From an uncultured Planctomycetota bacterium (lineage in GTDB: Bacteria; Planctomycetota; Planctomycetia; Isosphaerales; Isosphaeraceae): a DNA stretch of 64,000 nucleotides. Where the stretch lies: assembly GCA_963845755.1 (NCBI GenBank), contig CAWJTV010000011.1, forward strand, positions 1,430,028-1,494,027. Reading direction: 5' to 3'. Positions 11,924-23,000 of the stretch are shown one piece after another. The notes under the pieces are model-generated. The model was not told the DNA's origin and did no database searches. It saw only the letters and a list, made by a program, of their open reading frames with translations. Made by a program: the position numbers and the translations under genes. The first letter of the stretch is position 1; every line of letters starts with the position of its first letter.

Positions 11924-13406
11924 CTAACGGGCGAACTTCAACCCTGGGTCATTCGGCGGGCCGCCGACCAGTCGGAAGCTGAAATTGTCGGCGTCTTGCC
12001 AGGCGACCTGACCGACCAGGGCCCCGTTCTGGCCTCCCTCAGCGGCCAGGGTCAAGACGCCGTCGGCGAAGGTTGATTTGCCGGCGATGTTCATCGGCGG
12101 CTTTCCCGTGCTGGTGGCGGTCCAGGTGAACGCGCCGCCGTCCTGGATCGCCAGGGCAATCTTTGCGTCCTTGGCCGGCGTGGCCGACCAGTTCCCGGCC
12201 AGCTTCCCCTCGACGGCCGGCGCCGCGGCCGGGGCCGCCCCGGCGGGCGGCGGTGGGTTACCGCCGGAGGGTTGGAACTGGGCGATAATCTCGCCGAGAG
12301 TGTGTCGCCAGGCTGGAGCCTCGCGACCTCTTTAAGCTGGGAGATGGCCTCCGGGTCATGCCCCTGGCTCAGGTACTGGTAGGCCAGCACGAAGCGAGCC
12401 TGGGCCGAATCGGGGTTGGCCTTGACGTAGGCCTCCAGCGCTCGGACCTGGCGGGTGTAGGTCGCGACGTCGGCGTACATTCCGCTCAAGGTCGTCCAGT
12501 CCCAGCCGGGTCGAACGGAGAGGACGGCGTAGAGCGGAGCCGCGGCCTGCTCGTACTTGCCCTTGGCGAAGTAGGCCAGGGACAGGAACTCGTGCATCGT
12601 CGTGTCATTGGGCGTCTGAGCGAGGGCCTGCTGATCGAGCTGAATGGCCTGAGAGTAGTCGCCTGCCTTGAATGCCTCGCGGGCCTGGTCGTACGCCGAA
12701 CTCGCCCGGCCGGTGACGGCCTGATCGGGCGCCGCGGCGGTCGTGTTGATCGGCTGGGAATAGTCGGAGCCCGGCGCCGCGGTCGTCTGCTGCGCAGTTC
12801 CGGGCTGCTGCACGAACGCGGTCTGCGGAACGCCGCCCGACCCGGAATAGCCGCCGGAGTAGGGATTGCTATAGCCCGAATAGCCCCAGCCGTACATCGG
12901 CGAGCCGGCGCCCCAGGCCCCGACCCCACTCGGGTAACCCATGCCCATTCCCGTCGCTCCCCAGCCCGCATAATTATTGCCGTTCCAGGTGCCGTTATGG
13001 TTGTTGGCATAGCCTCCGCCGGCGGCGGCGCCCGCGGCACCCGCGTGGGGATACTGCGAGCTCTGGTTGCGGTTGGCATAGCCTGCGCCGGCGGCGGCGC
13101 CCGCGGCACCCGCGTGGGGATACTGCGAGCTCTGGTTGCGGTTGGCGTATCCCGCGCCCGCGGCGGCGGGGGCCGCGTTGGGGTGCGCCCGGACTGATTG
13201 CCGTATTGCGATCGGTTGCCGTAGGAACCCGACGACGGATTCGTCAACGAGTGAGGCTGGCTGAATGACGGAGAGTGCCCCATCTGGCCGCCCCCGTAGC
13301 CGCCGCCGCCGCGGTAACCGCCGCCGCGACCCGCAAGGACATCCGATGGGCAGGACAGGAGCGCCAGTGTGATGCCGAGGGCCGGCTTCGAAAGCGCGCG
13401 ATTCAT
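11924..13406 (-). CDS. Exported Gly/Tyr-rich TPR protein, multiple frameshifts
   Basis: Signal peptide MNRALSKPALGITLALL, Gly-rich region, 23-aa repeats, TPR block (YDQAREAFKAGDYSQA...HEFLSLAYFAKGKY), C-terminus ...GGPPNDPGLKFAR* across frames. Confidence 0.7.
13003..13160. repeat. 69-bp tandem repeat (about 2.3 copies), coding
   Basis: Unit gttggcatagcct(c/g)cgccggcggcggcgcccgcggcacccgcgtggggatactgcgagctctggttgcg starts at 13003 and 13072, with a partial copy at 13141. Confidence 0.9.
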
Positions 13407-13455
13407 GATGAAGATCCTCGTTGAAAGGAGATTGTCTTGGGTACGTCTGGTGGGC

Positions 13456-14437
13456 TTACTTGCCGACTTCGGGTGGCTTACGCACGATCGTGAACTCGTC
13501 GATCCCGGGGACGGCGGAGCCTCCCACGGTCCTTTCCGTTCAACTGCCAGCTCATGCGGTCCTGGCCCAGGCGCGTGATGATGTTCGTGGCCGACGCGGG
13601 TTGCCCGTCCTGGCCGACGCCTTCGACCTTGACCACCCACTGGTTGCCGGTGCGCGTAAAGTAGCCTTCGCCGTGGCCGCCCTCGGAGTCGAAGATCCAG
13701 GTCTTGAACTGCCGCTTGAGTGGGTCCCAGCCGATCCGCTGGGTGCCCGAGAGTACGGGCCGTCCCTGGGTCTTCATGGTGAACTCACGATCGAGGAAGT
13801 TGCCGCCTTTGGCCCACGTGCAGGAGGTGGAGACGACCGCAGCCTGGCTTTCGTTGACCCAGTCGCCCACGAGCCACTCCAGTTCCTTGAGGCGGTCGTG
13901 GGGGGCGAGGTCGTGCGCGAGCTCGTCGCGGACGGCGGCCTGCCGCCACTGTCCGCCTTGCTTGACGTAGACGGCGGTGAAGCGGGTGATCTCCGGTGCG
14001 CCGGCACCCGCGGCCGGTGTGATCGTCGTGCGGCCCTCCTCGAGGGCCGTCTCCGGGCCGAGGAAACGGAGCGAGTCGACCTGGATGGCGATCGTGCTCC
14101 CGGGATTGCCGGCGAACGATGCGGCGTACTGGTCGCGGACGGCGGCGCGTCCCTCGACTCGCTCGCCGCGCTCATCGACGACGACCGCCGTCTCCGTGTA
14201 CGTGGCGGCGGTGGCCTCGACGTTGCGAGCGTTGAAGGCCGTGATGAACGTATCGAGGAGCGCCTTGATCGCCGTCTCGTCGTCGCCCCGACCGACCGGA
14301 GATGTCACGGCCGCCTGTTCGGCTGGGGTTTGCGCGGCCGCCGGATCTGCCGGCGCTCGCTTCGTCAACTCCCGGGCGTTCAGGCCCGAGCCGATCGCGC
14401 CGATCGCGACCATGAGGATCAGAAAGACTTTCTTCAT
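13456..14437 (-). CDS. Exported SnoaL-like/DUF4440 (NTF2-fold) protein; frameshift near C-terminus
   Basis: Signal peptide; AIKALLDTFITAFNARNVEATAATYTETA; LKELEWLVGDW; IGWDP..FKTWIFDSEGG. Confidence 0.8.
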
Positions 14438-14509
14438 CAGCGTTTTCCCTTCTGCAAGAATGAGTTCTTCGCCCTGCGGCGGCTCGGCTCGCAACGGGCG
14501 GGTCACTGT

Positions 14510-14911
14510 CTATCCCGACTCCGACACCGCCGGCGAGACGAACGAACCACCCGCGAGGACGGCCTCGACCGCCGGGATCAAGTCGATGGCCGCGGTTCGC
14601 TTGAGCACGAATCCTGCAACGCCCGCGTTGCGCATCTGCGTGGCTACGGTGGGCTCGTCGTGAACGCTGAGGGCGATCAAACATAATCGGGGGAAGCGGC
14701 CCATCAACTGCCGTACGATGTTGGTCCCTTCCTTCACCGGCATTGAGAGGTCGACGACGACGAGGTCCGGGTCGAGCCGCTCGATCGTTTCGAACAATGA
14801 CCCTTCATCGGCAACCATCACGACCGCCGCGAAGAGGGATTCCAGCAGACTGCGGACGCCCTGCAACATGGGAAGGTGGCTATCGGCCAGGAGGACACGG
14901 CCTTGCCTCAT
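14510..14911 (-). CDS. Single-domain response regulator (NarL-type receiver)
   Basis: VLLADSH, VVVDLSMP, FVLK; no HTH. Confidence 0.85.
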   Translation of the reverse strand: MRQGRVLLADSHLPMLQGVRSLLESLFAAVVMVADEGSLFETIERLDPDLVVVDLSMPVKEGTNIVRQLMGRFPRLCLIALSVHDEPTVATQMRNAGVAGFVLKRTAAIDLIPAVEAVLAGGSFVSPAVSESG

Positions 14912-15248
14912 GGTGCCACCTGTCTTGTCTCGTTGCGCCGACCGCCTTCCGGTCTCCTCCCGGCGCCCGCCCCCTCCCCGCATGAGGCGATCGACACTCG
15001 AGGCCTTGCTCGTTGAACGCTCATAGCCGATCCCATTTTCTGCGAAGGGGCCAATGACAGAGATGCCGTAGGTATCGAGGTGCCGACCCTCTGCATCGTC
15101 GCGTGGAGACACGAGTTCACAGCCGTGCGGCACCTGGAACCACGCCGGGTGTTCGGGCTCTCGCGGATCATCTTGCGACGTGCCGAGAGGCGACGCTACT
15201 CGCAAAGCTACCGGACCCGGCTTGCGCTTCGCGAGCGCGGACGACCCG

Positions 15249-15890
15249 TCAGACGGAGATGATGCCGTTCCGGATCGCGTATTGGACCAGCTCCGCCGTG
15301 GTCCGGACCTCGAGCACTTTCATGACGCGAGCTCGATGGAATTCCGCGGTCCGCGTTGAGATGTGCAGGAGGCTCGCGACCTCCTTGGCCGACCGGCCCT
15401 CGGCGGAGAGCTGCAAGACTTCGCGCTGGCGAGGTGTCAACCGCCGGGCTGCGTCCGGCGGTTGCGGGCCCTCTTCTCGATACGAGCGGAGCAGTTCCCC
15501 GGCGATCAGCGGGGTCACATAGGTCTGACCGCGGAGTGCTTCCCGTATCGCCTTGACCAGTTCGTCGTGGGCGGAATGTTTCAGGACGTAACCCGATGCC
15601 CCGGCTTCCATGGCCCTCCGTGCGTACGAGACATCGCGTTGCATGGTCAGGAAGACCACCCTGCACGAAACCCCCGCCTGGCGGACTTGTGCGACGGCGT
15701 CGATGCCGTTGAGCGAGGGCATGCTGATATCGGCGACGACCACATCGGGCCGGAGTTTGATGGCGGCCTCGACCAACTCCCTGCCGTCGGACACGATCCC
15801 CACCAGCTCGAATTCTGGCTCCAGCAGGCCCCGCACCCCCTCGGCAAGGATCCGGTGGTCGTCGGCGAGCAAGATCCGTGGCTTCTTCAT
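15249..15890 (-). CDS. NarL/LuxR-family DNA-binding response regulator
   Basis: ILLADDH, DISMP, LTPRQREVLQL..GRSAKEVASLLHISTRTAEFHR. Confidence 0.95.
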   Translation of the reverse strand: MKKPRILLADDHRILAEGVRGLLEPEFELVGIVSDGRELVEAAIKLRPDVVVADISMPSLNGIDAVAQVRQAGVSCRVVFLTMQRDVSYARRAMEAGASGYVLKHSAHDELVKAIREALRGQTYVTPLIAGELLRSYREEGPQPPDAARRLTPRQREVLQLSAEGRSAKEVASLLHISTRTAEFHRARVMKVLEVRTTAELVQYAIRNGIISV

Positions 15891-17207
15891 GGCTCGCTCC
15901 CGACCGCGGGGACGCGGACCGTGACCGTCGTGCCTTGCCCCGGCTTGGAGTTCGACGGAAAGTTCCCCTCGAACCAGGCGGACCCGCTCCCCCATGCTGG
16001 AGAGCCCGAGGCCCGCCCGCGAGCGCGCACGTCCGCCGCGTCGAAGCCGACACCCCGATCCTGGACGGTCAGGATGAGTCGCCGGCCCGACCTGATGAGC
16101 GTGACGCGGGCTTCCGCGGTCCCGGCATGCTTGACGACATTCCGCAGGGCTTCCTGGGCAACCCGGTAGACGCAGAGGGCCACGTCCTTCGGCAAGGAGT
16201 CGGTGACGTCGTCCGAGCGATAGGCGACCGCGACACCCTCCCGTCGCGTAACGCTGGCACACTCGGAGCGCAGGGCGTTGACGAGCCCCAGGTCGTCGAG
16301 GATCGAGGGGTGTAGTTGGCGGGAGAGGGCGTGGACATCCTCCGAGAGGCGCACCAGTTCCCCGCTCATCTCCTGAAGTTGGCGATGTGCGTTCGACGAC
16401 GGGTCAAGCTGTGTCTCGAGCCTCGCGGCATCAATGGCCAGGACCGCCAGCCGCTGGGTCCAGTCGTCGTGCATCTCCCGGGCGATCCGGCGGCGCTCAT
16501 CCTCTTGCGCCTGGAGGAGTCTTCCGGCCAGCAACCGGAGTTCGTCCTGGGTCTTTCGAAGCGACTCCTCTCGGGCGTGAAGGTCCTGATCCGCCCGCTT
16601 TCGTGCCAGGGCATTGGCGAAGATCTCGCCGACGGTCCGGAGGCGTTGGACGAGCTCATCCGGCCAGGCCCGGTACTCACGAAACGCCCCGAAACTGAGC
16701 ACGCCGAGGACGATGCCCCCGGCCTTCAGGGGGATCGTCAGGTTGGATTTCATCCCCGTCTTGATGACGTACGCGCGGCTCATTGACAGCCTCCGCAGGG
16801 GCATCTTCCGGCAGTCGATCAAATCGCATCAGCTCTCCCCGCTGGACTTGCGCCGCATACCAGGGAAGATCTTCTTGGAGGATCAATGGGGGGAGCGGTG
16901 GATACCCGGGAACGACGAAGGAATGCGTGGCCAAGATACCCTTGTTGTCCTCGGAGAGTTGACCGAAGCCGCCCCGCTCGACGCCCAAGAAGGCGACGAG
17001 CCGCTCCAAAGCCCGCTCGATCTGTGCATCGACCAGGTCGGCGGCCACGTTGACGAAAGTGGCGGACAGGTCCGTGAGGAGCCGCTCGAACCGGAGGCGC
17101 TCCTCGGGTTGCTCGCGCAGGTCGAGATCGACCGGGAGCTGCCCTTGGCGTTCTTCGCAGCCGGGTGGTCGGACCTTGGCGTACAGAGGTGCAACTGCTG
17201 GTCTCAT
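15887..17207 (-). CDS. GAF-domain sensor histidine kinase (HisKA_3 type), frameshifted
   Basis: GAF region in ORFs 16677..17207 and 15887..16822; ERRRIAREMHD H-box; QEALRNVVKHA; DRGVGFD; GLGLSSMGERV in a neighbouring frame. Confidence 0.85.
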
Positions 17208-17213
17208 TGATCG

Positions 17214-17608
17214 CTACCCAGAGGTGTCCAGGCCAGGGGCCGCGGTCCGCAAACGGCGGTGGAGAAATGCCGCCGCCAGGAGGAGCGGTGCCTGGCTCAG
17301 GAAGTAGGCCGACGCGAACACGGCGAACTCGAGGCGCCCGAGGACCGTGACCGCAACGGCGGTCGAGCCGGCCGTGCAGGCGACGACGAGAAGCATCCCC
17401 TTCTCGACGGGGGACTCAGGCCAAGGGATCGAACGAGGACGAGGGCGATTCGCGGCAAGAAGACCATCTGGCCCGCGGTCGCTGCCACCAGAAGTCCGGG
17501 CGTTCTGACCACCCGACGGAAATCGCCTACGGTCAGGCCCAAGCCGACCGCGAACATGGACAGGATGACCAGGACGGGTACCCCAATGTCGATGATCGGT
17601 TTGAGCAT
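17214..17608 (-). pseudogene. Bile acid:sodium symporter family fragment
   Basis: VLVILSMFAVGLGLTVGDFRRVVRTP...GQMVFLP and GMLLVVACTAG; much shorter than a full transporter and frameshifted. Confidence 0.6.
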
Positions 17609-18375
17609 TCGGATACCGGTTGAGTGAAGAATCTGCCTCGATCGGGCCTTCCTCCGTCCGGCACCTGCCCGAAATCGCCGTGCGTGCATCTCCGCCGGCG
17701 CCGACCCGCAGGATCTTCACCCCCGGCGTCGTGAAGCCGCTCATCCTCACGGGCCACACTTCGTCTGAACCCCCGCGACGTTGGGGGGGACCGGTCTCGC
17801 ACTCGGAGAGCTACCCATTCATCAACTCTGCCAATATGACCAATCAGTCCTCATCCTGCAAGGTTCTCCGCGACTTCCGCCAACTTTCTCACCAGGCACG
17901 AAGCGCCTGAGATTGCGTGGGCGCCATCCTGGGAGCGATCGCCTCTCCACTCGCCGTACGCCGCGTCGGTTCGATGACATCATGCACATCGCAGTGAGAG
18001 CCGCGAATCGATCGCCGACGACCCACGCGGGCCGGGGGGATAGTGCTTCCCGGCCGCCCCGAGGTGACCGAGGTCGCCGTGGAAGTCTGACTGCCGCCCG
18101 CCCCGCGCCGATCGCCAGGACGCCGGGAAGAGCTCACCAGCCCACCGCGGGCTCGTGCGCACTCGCGGCATCATCTCGATGTCGATCGCATCGACTTGGG
18201 GACAGACGGGCCCGGTGCCCCGATGACTCCGCTCCCGTCGGCTGCTACAATGTCAGCAACGGGCCTATCACCCGACGCCGCGGATCGGGGGACGGCCTCA
18301 TCACCGCCACAGAGCAGAAATGGGGAGACCTTGGGAACGTACTACGCCAACGTCGGACCTGTCCGCGGATCCGCA

Positions 18376-18576
18376 ATGTACCGCGATACTCCACCCGCCG
18401 CGGGAGTGCTGGAGTCGCCCGATAACGCGACGCTGATCGGCCAGGCAGCCGAGGCCGGATGGACGGAGAACGGCGTGGCGCTCTGGCGACTGATGGTCCG
18501 GGGGGTCGCCGTACCGGGCCGATGGTCGATCATCGACCGGCAGTTCATCCCCCAGTTCAAATCGAGTACGGACTAG
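18376..18576 (+). CDS. Small hypothetical protein
   Basis: 66-aa protein-like ORF (MYRDTPPAAG...WRLMVRGVAVPGRWSIIDRQFIP). Confidence 0.5.
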   Translation: MYRDTPPAAGVLESPDNATLIGQAAEAGWTENGVALWRLMVRGVAVPGRWSIIDRQFIPQFKSSTD

Positions 18577-18641
18577 AATCGAGAGTGAGAGACCCGTCCG
18601 GGTACCGTTCAAGAACCCTTCGCCGTTGACGTCGCCGAGGG

Positions 18642-19056
18642 TCAATCTTCCAGGATCCGCTCCGCGATCCGTGCGGCGCACACCCCGACGTCTCCCGGGC
18701 GGTCCACGTACCGCGCCCGCCGCAGGATAACGCTCCGAGATCGGTTGGGGTCGCGCAAGGCCCATCGGTCAATCTTCGCCCGCAAGACGCCGCGGGTGTC
18801 GGCGACGGCAAGCCGGACAGCATCGCAGAAATCAGGCCCGCCGGTCGAACCGGGGATCTTGGATGAGACTAATGATCCGCGACTTCGCAATAGACATCTC
18901 ACCACGGTAGTATTTGCCGGCAAACTCTCTCGCGAAGGTCAAGACGTCGCCCAATTCAGACCTGGCGACAATCTCGTCGAATGACTCGAGGGAGTCCTTG
19001 GGGATCGGTTCCCCAATGCGTTCCGGCTCATCCGATCGTCTTTCCGTTGCACTCAT
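18642..19056 (-). CDS. Small hypothetical protein, possibly one gene with a frameshift near 18835
   Basis: MSATERRSDEPERIGEPIP...IQDPRF appears to continue as PDFCDAVRLAVADTRG...ERILED*. Confidence 0.4.
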
Positions 19057-20513
19057 CTTAATCCTCGGTGATTGGTCGCGAAACGAAGTGTTGGCTAGTG
19101 GGACCAGGGCCACGGCTCATCCTCAACCCGCCCGTCCGGATGCCGGATCATCCTGCCCTCACGACCGGCTGGTATGCCCAGCCGGAAACGGCTCCGACCG
19201 GGTCTCGTCCACATCGTACCGTCTCGGCGGCTCATCCCGGACGATCCCCGGATGCCCTCGAGGGTATCGGCGTCGTCGATGCCTCGGCCCTTCTGGCTGA
19301 CTCGGAACATGGCGGCTCCGCCTGGTCGATAGATCAATAGCCAGCAGTAGTTAACCCAGATCGCTGTTTCCAGTCCAGAATGCCAAGATCCCGCGCCCTT
19401 CCTTATACCTCACTCGAGGCGCCTCTGGGCATCCTGTAGCAATCCTTTGTCTCGGAACCCATGTCTTCTTTGAGGTTTTGGGGCCTGGCGTCCCGAAAAC
19501 GAAACCGGCCGGACCCTCGAGGAGACCGCACCCCGGGACAAGGACCTCCAACGAGGACACGCTGATCAGGCGTACGGAGGCTCAACCAGAGGGGTGGGCG
19601 CGAGGATGGCCGCTTGCTAGAATCTGCCACCAATGCGATGTCCATCGGCCTGAGTGGCAACGGGGCCTCGGCAGGGATGCCGCAAACCGCGATGGGTCAT
19701 CAACTGAAGGCCGGCCCAGGCCAGCAGCACGAGAGCGGTCCCCGATCCCTGTGTTCAAGACCGAGACCGAACTCGGGTAGAGGGCAAGGGCTGTCATTCA
19801 GTCCGAAAGCAACAGTCTTCCCCAGTGCCTGCGAATCACGGCGTGATCCCGCCAGAGGCCAAGGGTCGCCATCGAGCACCTTGTCCTCGTTGCGCCATCC
19901 GTTGCATCGGACGGATGGCTCCGAGGTGCACCTGATGTCAACGCCGAGGCTACCAATGGTAAACCATTTAATCTGGAGAAACGGCATCGACACAGCCCTG
20001 TCAACAGGTTGTCAAAAAGGACTCACCCACGTCCGGTCCAGCGCCGGTCATGCACTCCTCTGTCCTCGCCATGGACAACAACGTGACGATGAGACCCACT
20101 TTGTTAGGCAGCTATTTCTCTTAAATGCGTGCTCAATTTCCCCAAATTGACCCAAAAAAAACTCGAACGCCTTGCAAAGCAGATTTCGCACGCTATAATC
20201 TACACCGGACAGCAACTATAGGATGTCTCGAGTGAACGCGAGGATGCGTGAGATGAGCGCTGCTGTGCCGGCAGCGTGGGCGATGATGCGAAGGATGCAA
20301 GGCGAACTCAACCGAGGTCGATGAGGTCAGGCGACCGTTCCTGATCCGCATCTCCGGCCCACCTCTTGCCTTGAGGCCGGCCCCTCCCGTGTGTTCGCCG
20401 CCGCATCCGCGGAGCTTTGCACCATGGTCGCGACCGCGACGCGCGAAGGACCCCGATCTCACACGACGCCCACTCCCGCGCCCTGCGCCCCTGGGCGGCC
20501 GGGGCGCTTCCGC

Positions 20514-20700
20514 GACGAGGAGGTTGAACTGGTCGCGCGGGGCACCCGGCGCGACCAGGAGGCCCGCGCCTGCCTGGTCCGGGCCAAACTCGGGCTGGTC
20601 CACATCATCGCCCGGGCCTTCCGGGATCGGGAGCCGGAGATGGACGAACTGATCGGCGAGGGGAACCCGGGTCTGATCCGGGCTGCCAAGGAGTTCGATG
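20514..20700 (+). pseudogene. Sigma-70 region 1.2/2 remnant
   Basis: DEEVELVAR...DQEARACLVRAKLGLVHIIARAF...DELIGEGNPGLIRAAKEFD resembles sigma-70 region 2; regions 3 and 4 are absent. Confidence 0.65.
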
Positions 20701-20750
20701 CGCCGACGATTCTCCGAGAACACTCTTTGCGGCGAGGGAGCCACGCGGAA

Positions 20751-22607
20751 ATGGATGCCCATCGATCACCGCGGAAGTGGCACGATGCCTCCGCTGTAAC
20801 CGTCGGCGTGGCCCTGCTTTTCAGCCTGGGCCTGGGCGGGCCGATCGGCCCGCTGTACTTCGTTCCGTTCCTCCTCGCCGTCCTGGTCAGTGCGTTGGTC
20901 GGTGGAACGCAGCCGGGCCTGACCGCCGCCGGGCTCTCGCTGGTGACCCGCTGCCTCCTCGCCGCATTAATGGACCGGTCCCTCGGTCTGCTGGCCATCG
21001 GCATGTGGCAGGTCAGCTTCTCCGGGGTCGAGGTCCTGTACGTCTACTTGATCGCGGCACGGCGACGCGATGAGGCGGCCCTCTGCCGTAGCGAGCGGCG
21101 GCTCCGTCTGCTGACGGAGGCCCTGCCCCAACTGGTCTGGGCCGCGCCGACCGATGGCGGAGCCACCTACTTCAACCGGCGGTGGTACGAGGTCACTGGC
21201 CTAACGCCGGCGACGAGCGGCGGCGATGTTTGGTCGCGTATCATCCATCCGGAGGATCGTCGCCGTCTCTTCGACGCATGGAATCAAGCGGCCCGCTCCG
21301 GGACAGCCTACGAGGTCGAGTGTCGCCATCACTGTGCCGACGGGACCTATCGCTGGTTCCTGGTCCAGGGCGTGCCCTCGACGGATGCCGCGGGCCGCGG
21401 CGTCGAGTGGTTCGGCACCTGCACCGACATCGATGAGCAGAAGCGAGCAGCGGCCGCCCTCGCGGAGGCGACCCGGGCGAAGGACGAGTTCCTGGCCGTC
21501 CTGTCCCACGAACTCCGCACGCCGCTCACGCCCGTGCTGATGGCGGTGACCGCCCTGCTGGACGACCGGCAGTCCTACCCCTCGCTCCGTCCCACGCTGA
21601 AGATGATCCGCGACAATGTACGGCTGGAAGCCCGGCTGATCGATGACCTGCTGGATATCTCGCGGATCGCACGCCGCCAGATGGAGTATCGGCTCGAAGT
21701 CGTCGACGTCCATACTCTGATCGAGCGGGCCGTAGGAATTTGCCAGGGCCAGATCGAGAGCAAGGGCCACCACCTGACGATCGACCTGGCGGCCGTCGAG
21801 CATCACGTGCGCGGCGACCCGGCCCGATTGCAGCAGGTGCTCTGGAACCTGATCACCAACGCAGCGAAGTACACCCCGGAGGGCGGACGGATCGCCATCC
21901 GCACGCTCTCATACGGCCCGGGGCTTCTGGCCGTCGAGGTCGCTGACAATGGCATCGGCATCCACTCCGAGCTCCTCCCGCGCCTGTTCAACGCCTTCGA
22001 GCGGGGCCAAGGGGCGGCAGCCTTCCATGCGAGCGGATTGGGATTGGGCCTGACGATCAGCCGCTCGATCGTGGAGGCTCACGGCGGGACCTTGCAGGCG
22101 GCCAGCGACGGCCGGGATCAGGGGGCAACGTTCCGGCTGGAGCTGGCAACGGCCACCTCTCCGGGCGAATCCGGGGAGCTGCTCGCACGACCGCCGATCG
22201 CGGCGGGCCGACGCTTGCGGGTGCTGCTCGCCGAGGACGACGCCGCGACGGTGGAGACCGCGGCGAAGGTGCTGCGACAGCAGGGGCACGTGGTCACGAT
22301 AGCCACCAGCCTGAGCCAAGCCCTGGCGGTCGTCTCCGACGAATTCGATGTGGTGGTCAGCGATATCGAGTTGGGTGACGGCAGCGGGCTGGAGTTGATG
22401 CGGCGCGTCCGCTCTCAGGGCGACACGCCGGGGATCGCCGTAAGCGGCTACGCCTCGGAGGACGACGTACAGCAGAGCCGGGAGGCGGGCTTCGCGGTTC
22501 ATCTGTCCAAGCCGATCACCTTCGAAATGCTGGAGTCGGCCATCCACCAGGTCACCGCCGGCCGATTCTCCTGCCTCTCGTCGTGGGTTGACGATGTCCT
22601 CATGTAA
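20751..22607 (+). CDS. Hybrid sensor kinase: TM sensor, PAS, HisKA, HATPase, receiver
   Basis: PAS (YFNRRWYE..IIHPED), FLAVLSHELRTPL, NLITNAAKYT, DNGIG, GLGLGL, receiver LLAEDD..SDIEL..KP. Confidence 0.93.
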   Translation: MDAHRSPRKWHDASAVTVGVALLFSLGLGGPIGPLYFVPFLLAVLVSALVGGTQPGLTAAGLSLVTRCLLAALMDRSLGLLAIGMWQVSFSGVEVLYVYLIAARRRDEAALCRSERRLRLLTEALPQLVWAAPTDGGATYFNRRWYEVTGLTPATSGGDVWSRIIHPEDRRRLFDAWNQAARSGTAYEVECRHHCADGTYRWFLVQGVPSTDAAGRGVEWFGTCTDIDEQKRAAAALAEATRAKDEFLAVLSHELRTPLTPVLMAVTALLDDRQSYPSLRPTLKMIRDNVRLEARLIDDLLDISRIARRQMEYRLEVVDVHTLIERAVGICQGQIESKGHHLTIDLAAVEHHVRGDPARLQQVLWNLITNAAKYTPEGGRIAIRTLSYGPGLLAVEVADNGIGIHSELLPRLFNAFERGQGAAAFHASGLGLGLTISRSIVEAHGGTLQAASDGRDQGATFRLELATATSPGESGELLARPPIAAGRRLRVLLAEDDAATVETAAKVLRQQGHVVTIATSLSQALAVVSDEFDVVVSDIELGDGSGLELMRRVRSQGDTPGIAVSGYASEDDVQQSREAGFAVHLSKPITFEMLESAIHQVTAGRFSCLSSWVDDVLM

Positions 22608-23000
22608 GCCCGAAGCGGTGCGTTACGGCGCCCCGTGGACCGGGCAGTCGGTGCGAGCCGGACCCGTTCGCGGCTCATGCCGGCTCAACGATGAAGTCTC
22701 GGTTTCCAAGCATAGAAGGATGCGGGCCCTCAACGGCTTCGCCCCGGGCGCTGAAGTTAGTGGCGTTGCCTTTCAACGGTGGCGGGGATGTCCCGCCAGG
22801 ACGATCGGTATTCCCTCGTGATCCGCGCCTCGCAGAATCGGGGCTTGGTTCCGGTTGATCAGACGTTCGTGACGTTCCAACCGAACTTCGCCCTTCGGGG
22901 CAGGCCCAGGCGGGTCGGATCAGCCGACCGCTCGACTGGCGGTCGAGATGGATGAGTCCGAGGTGGCCATGCATCGCTCTCATCGGGGAGGCGGACTTCC

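Noticed and set aside
13003..13160. CRISPR-like repeat
   Set aside because: Contiguous 69-bp coding units with no unique spacers and no cas genes.
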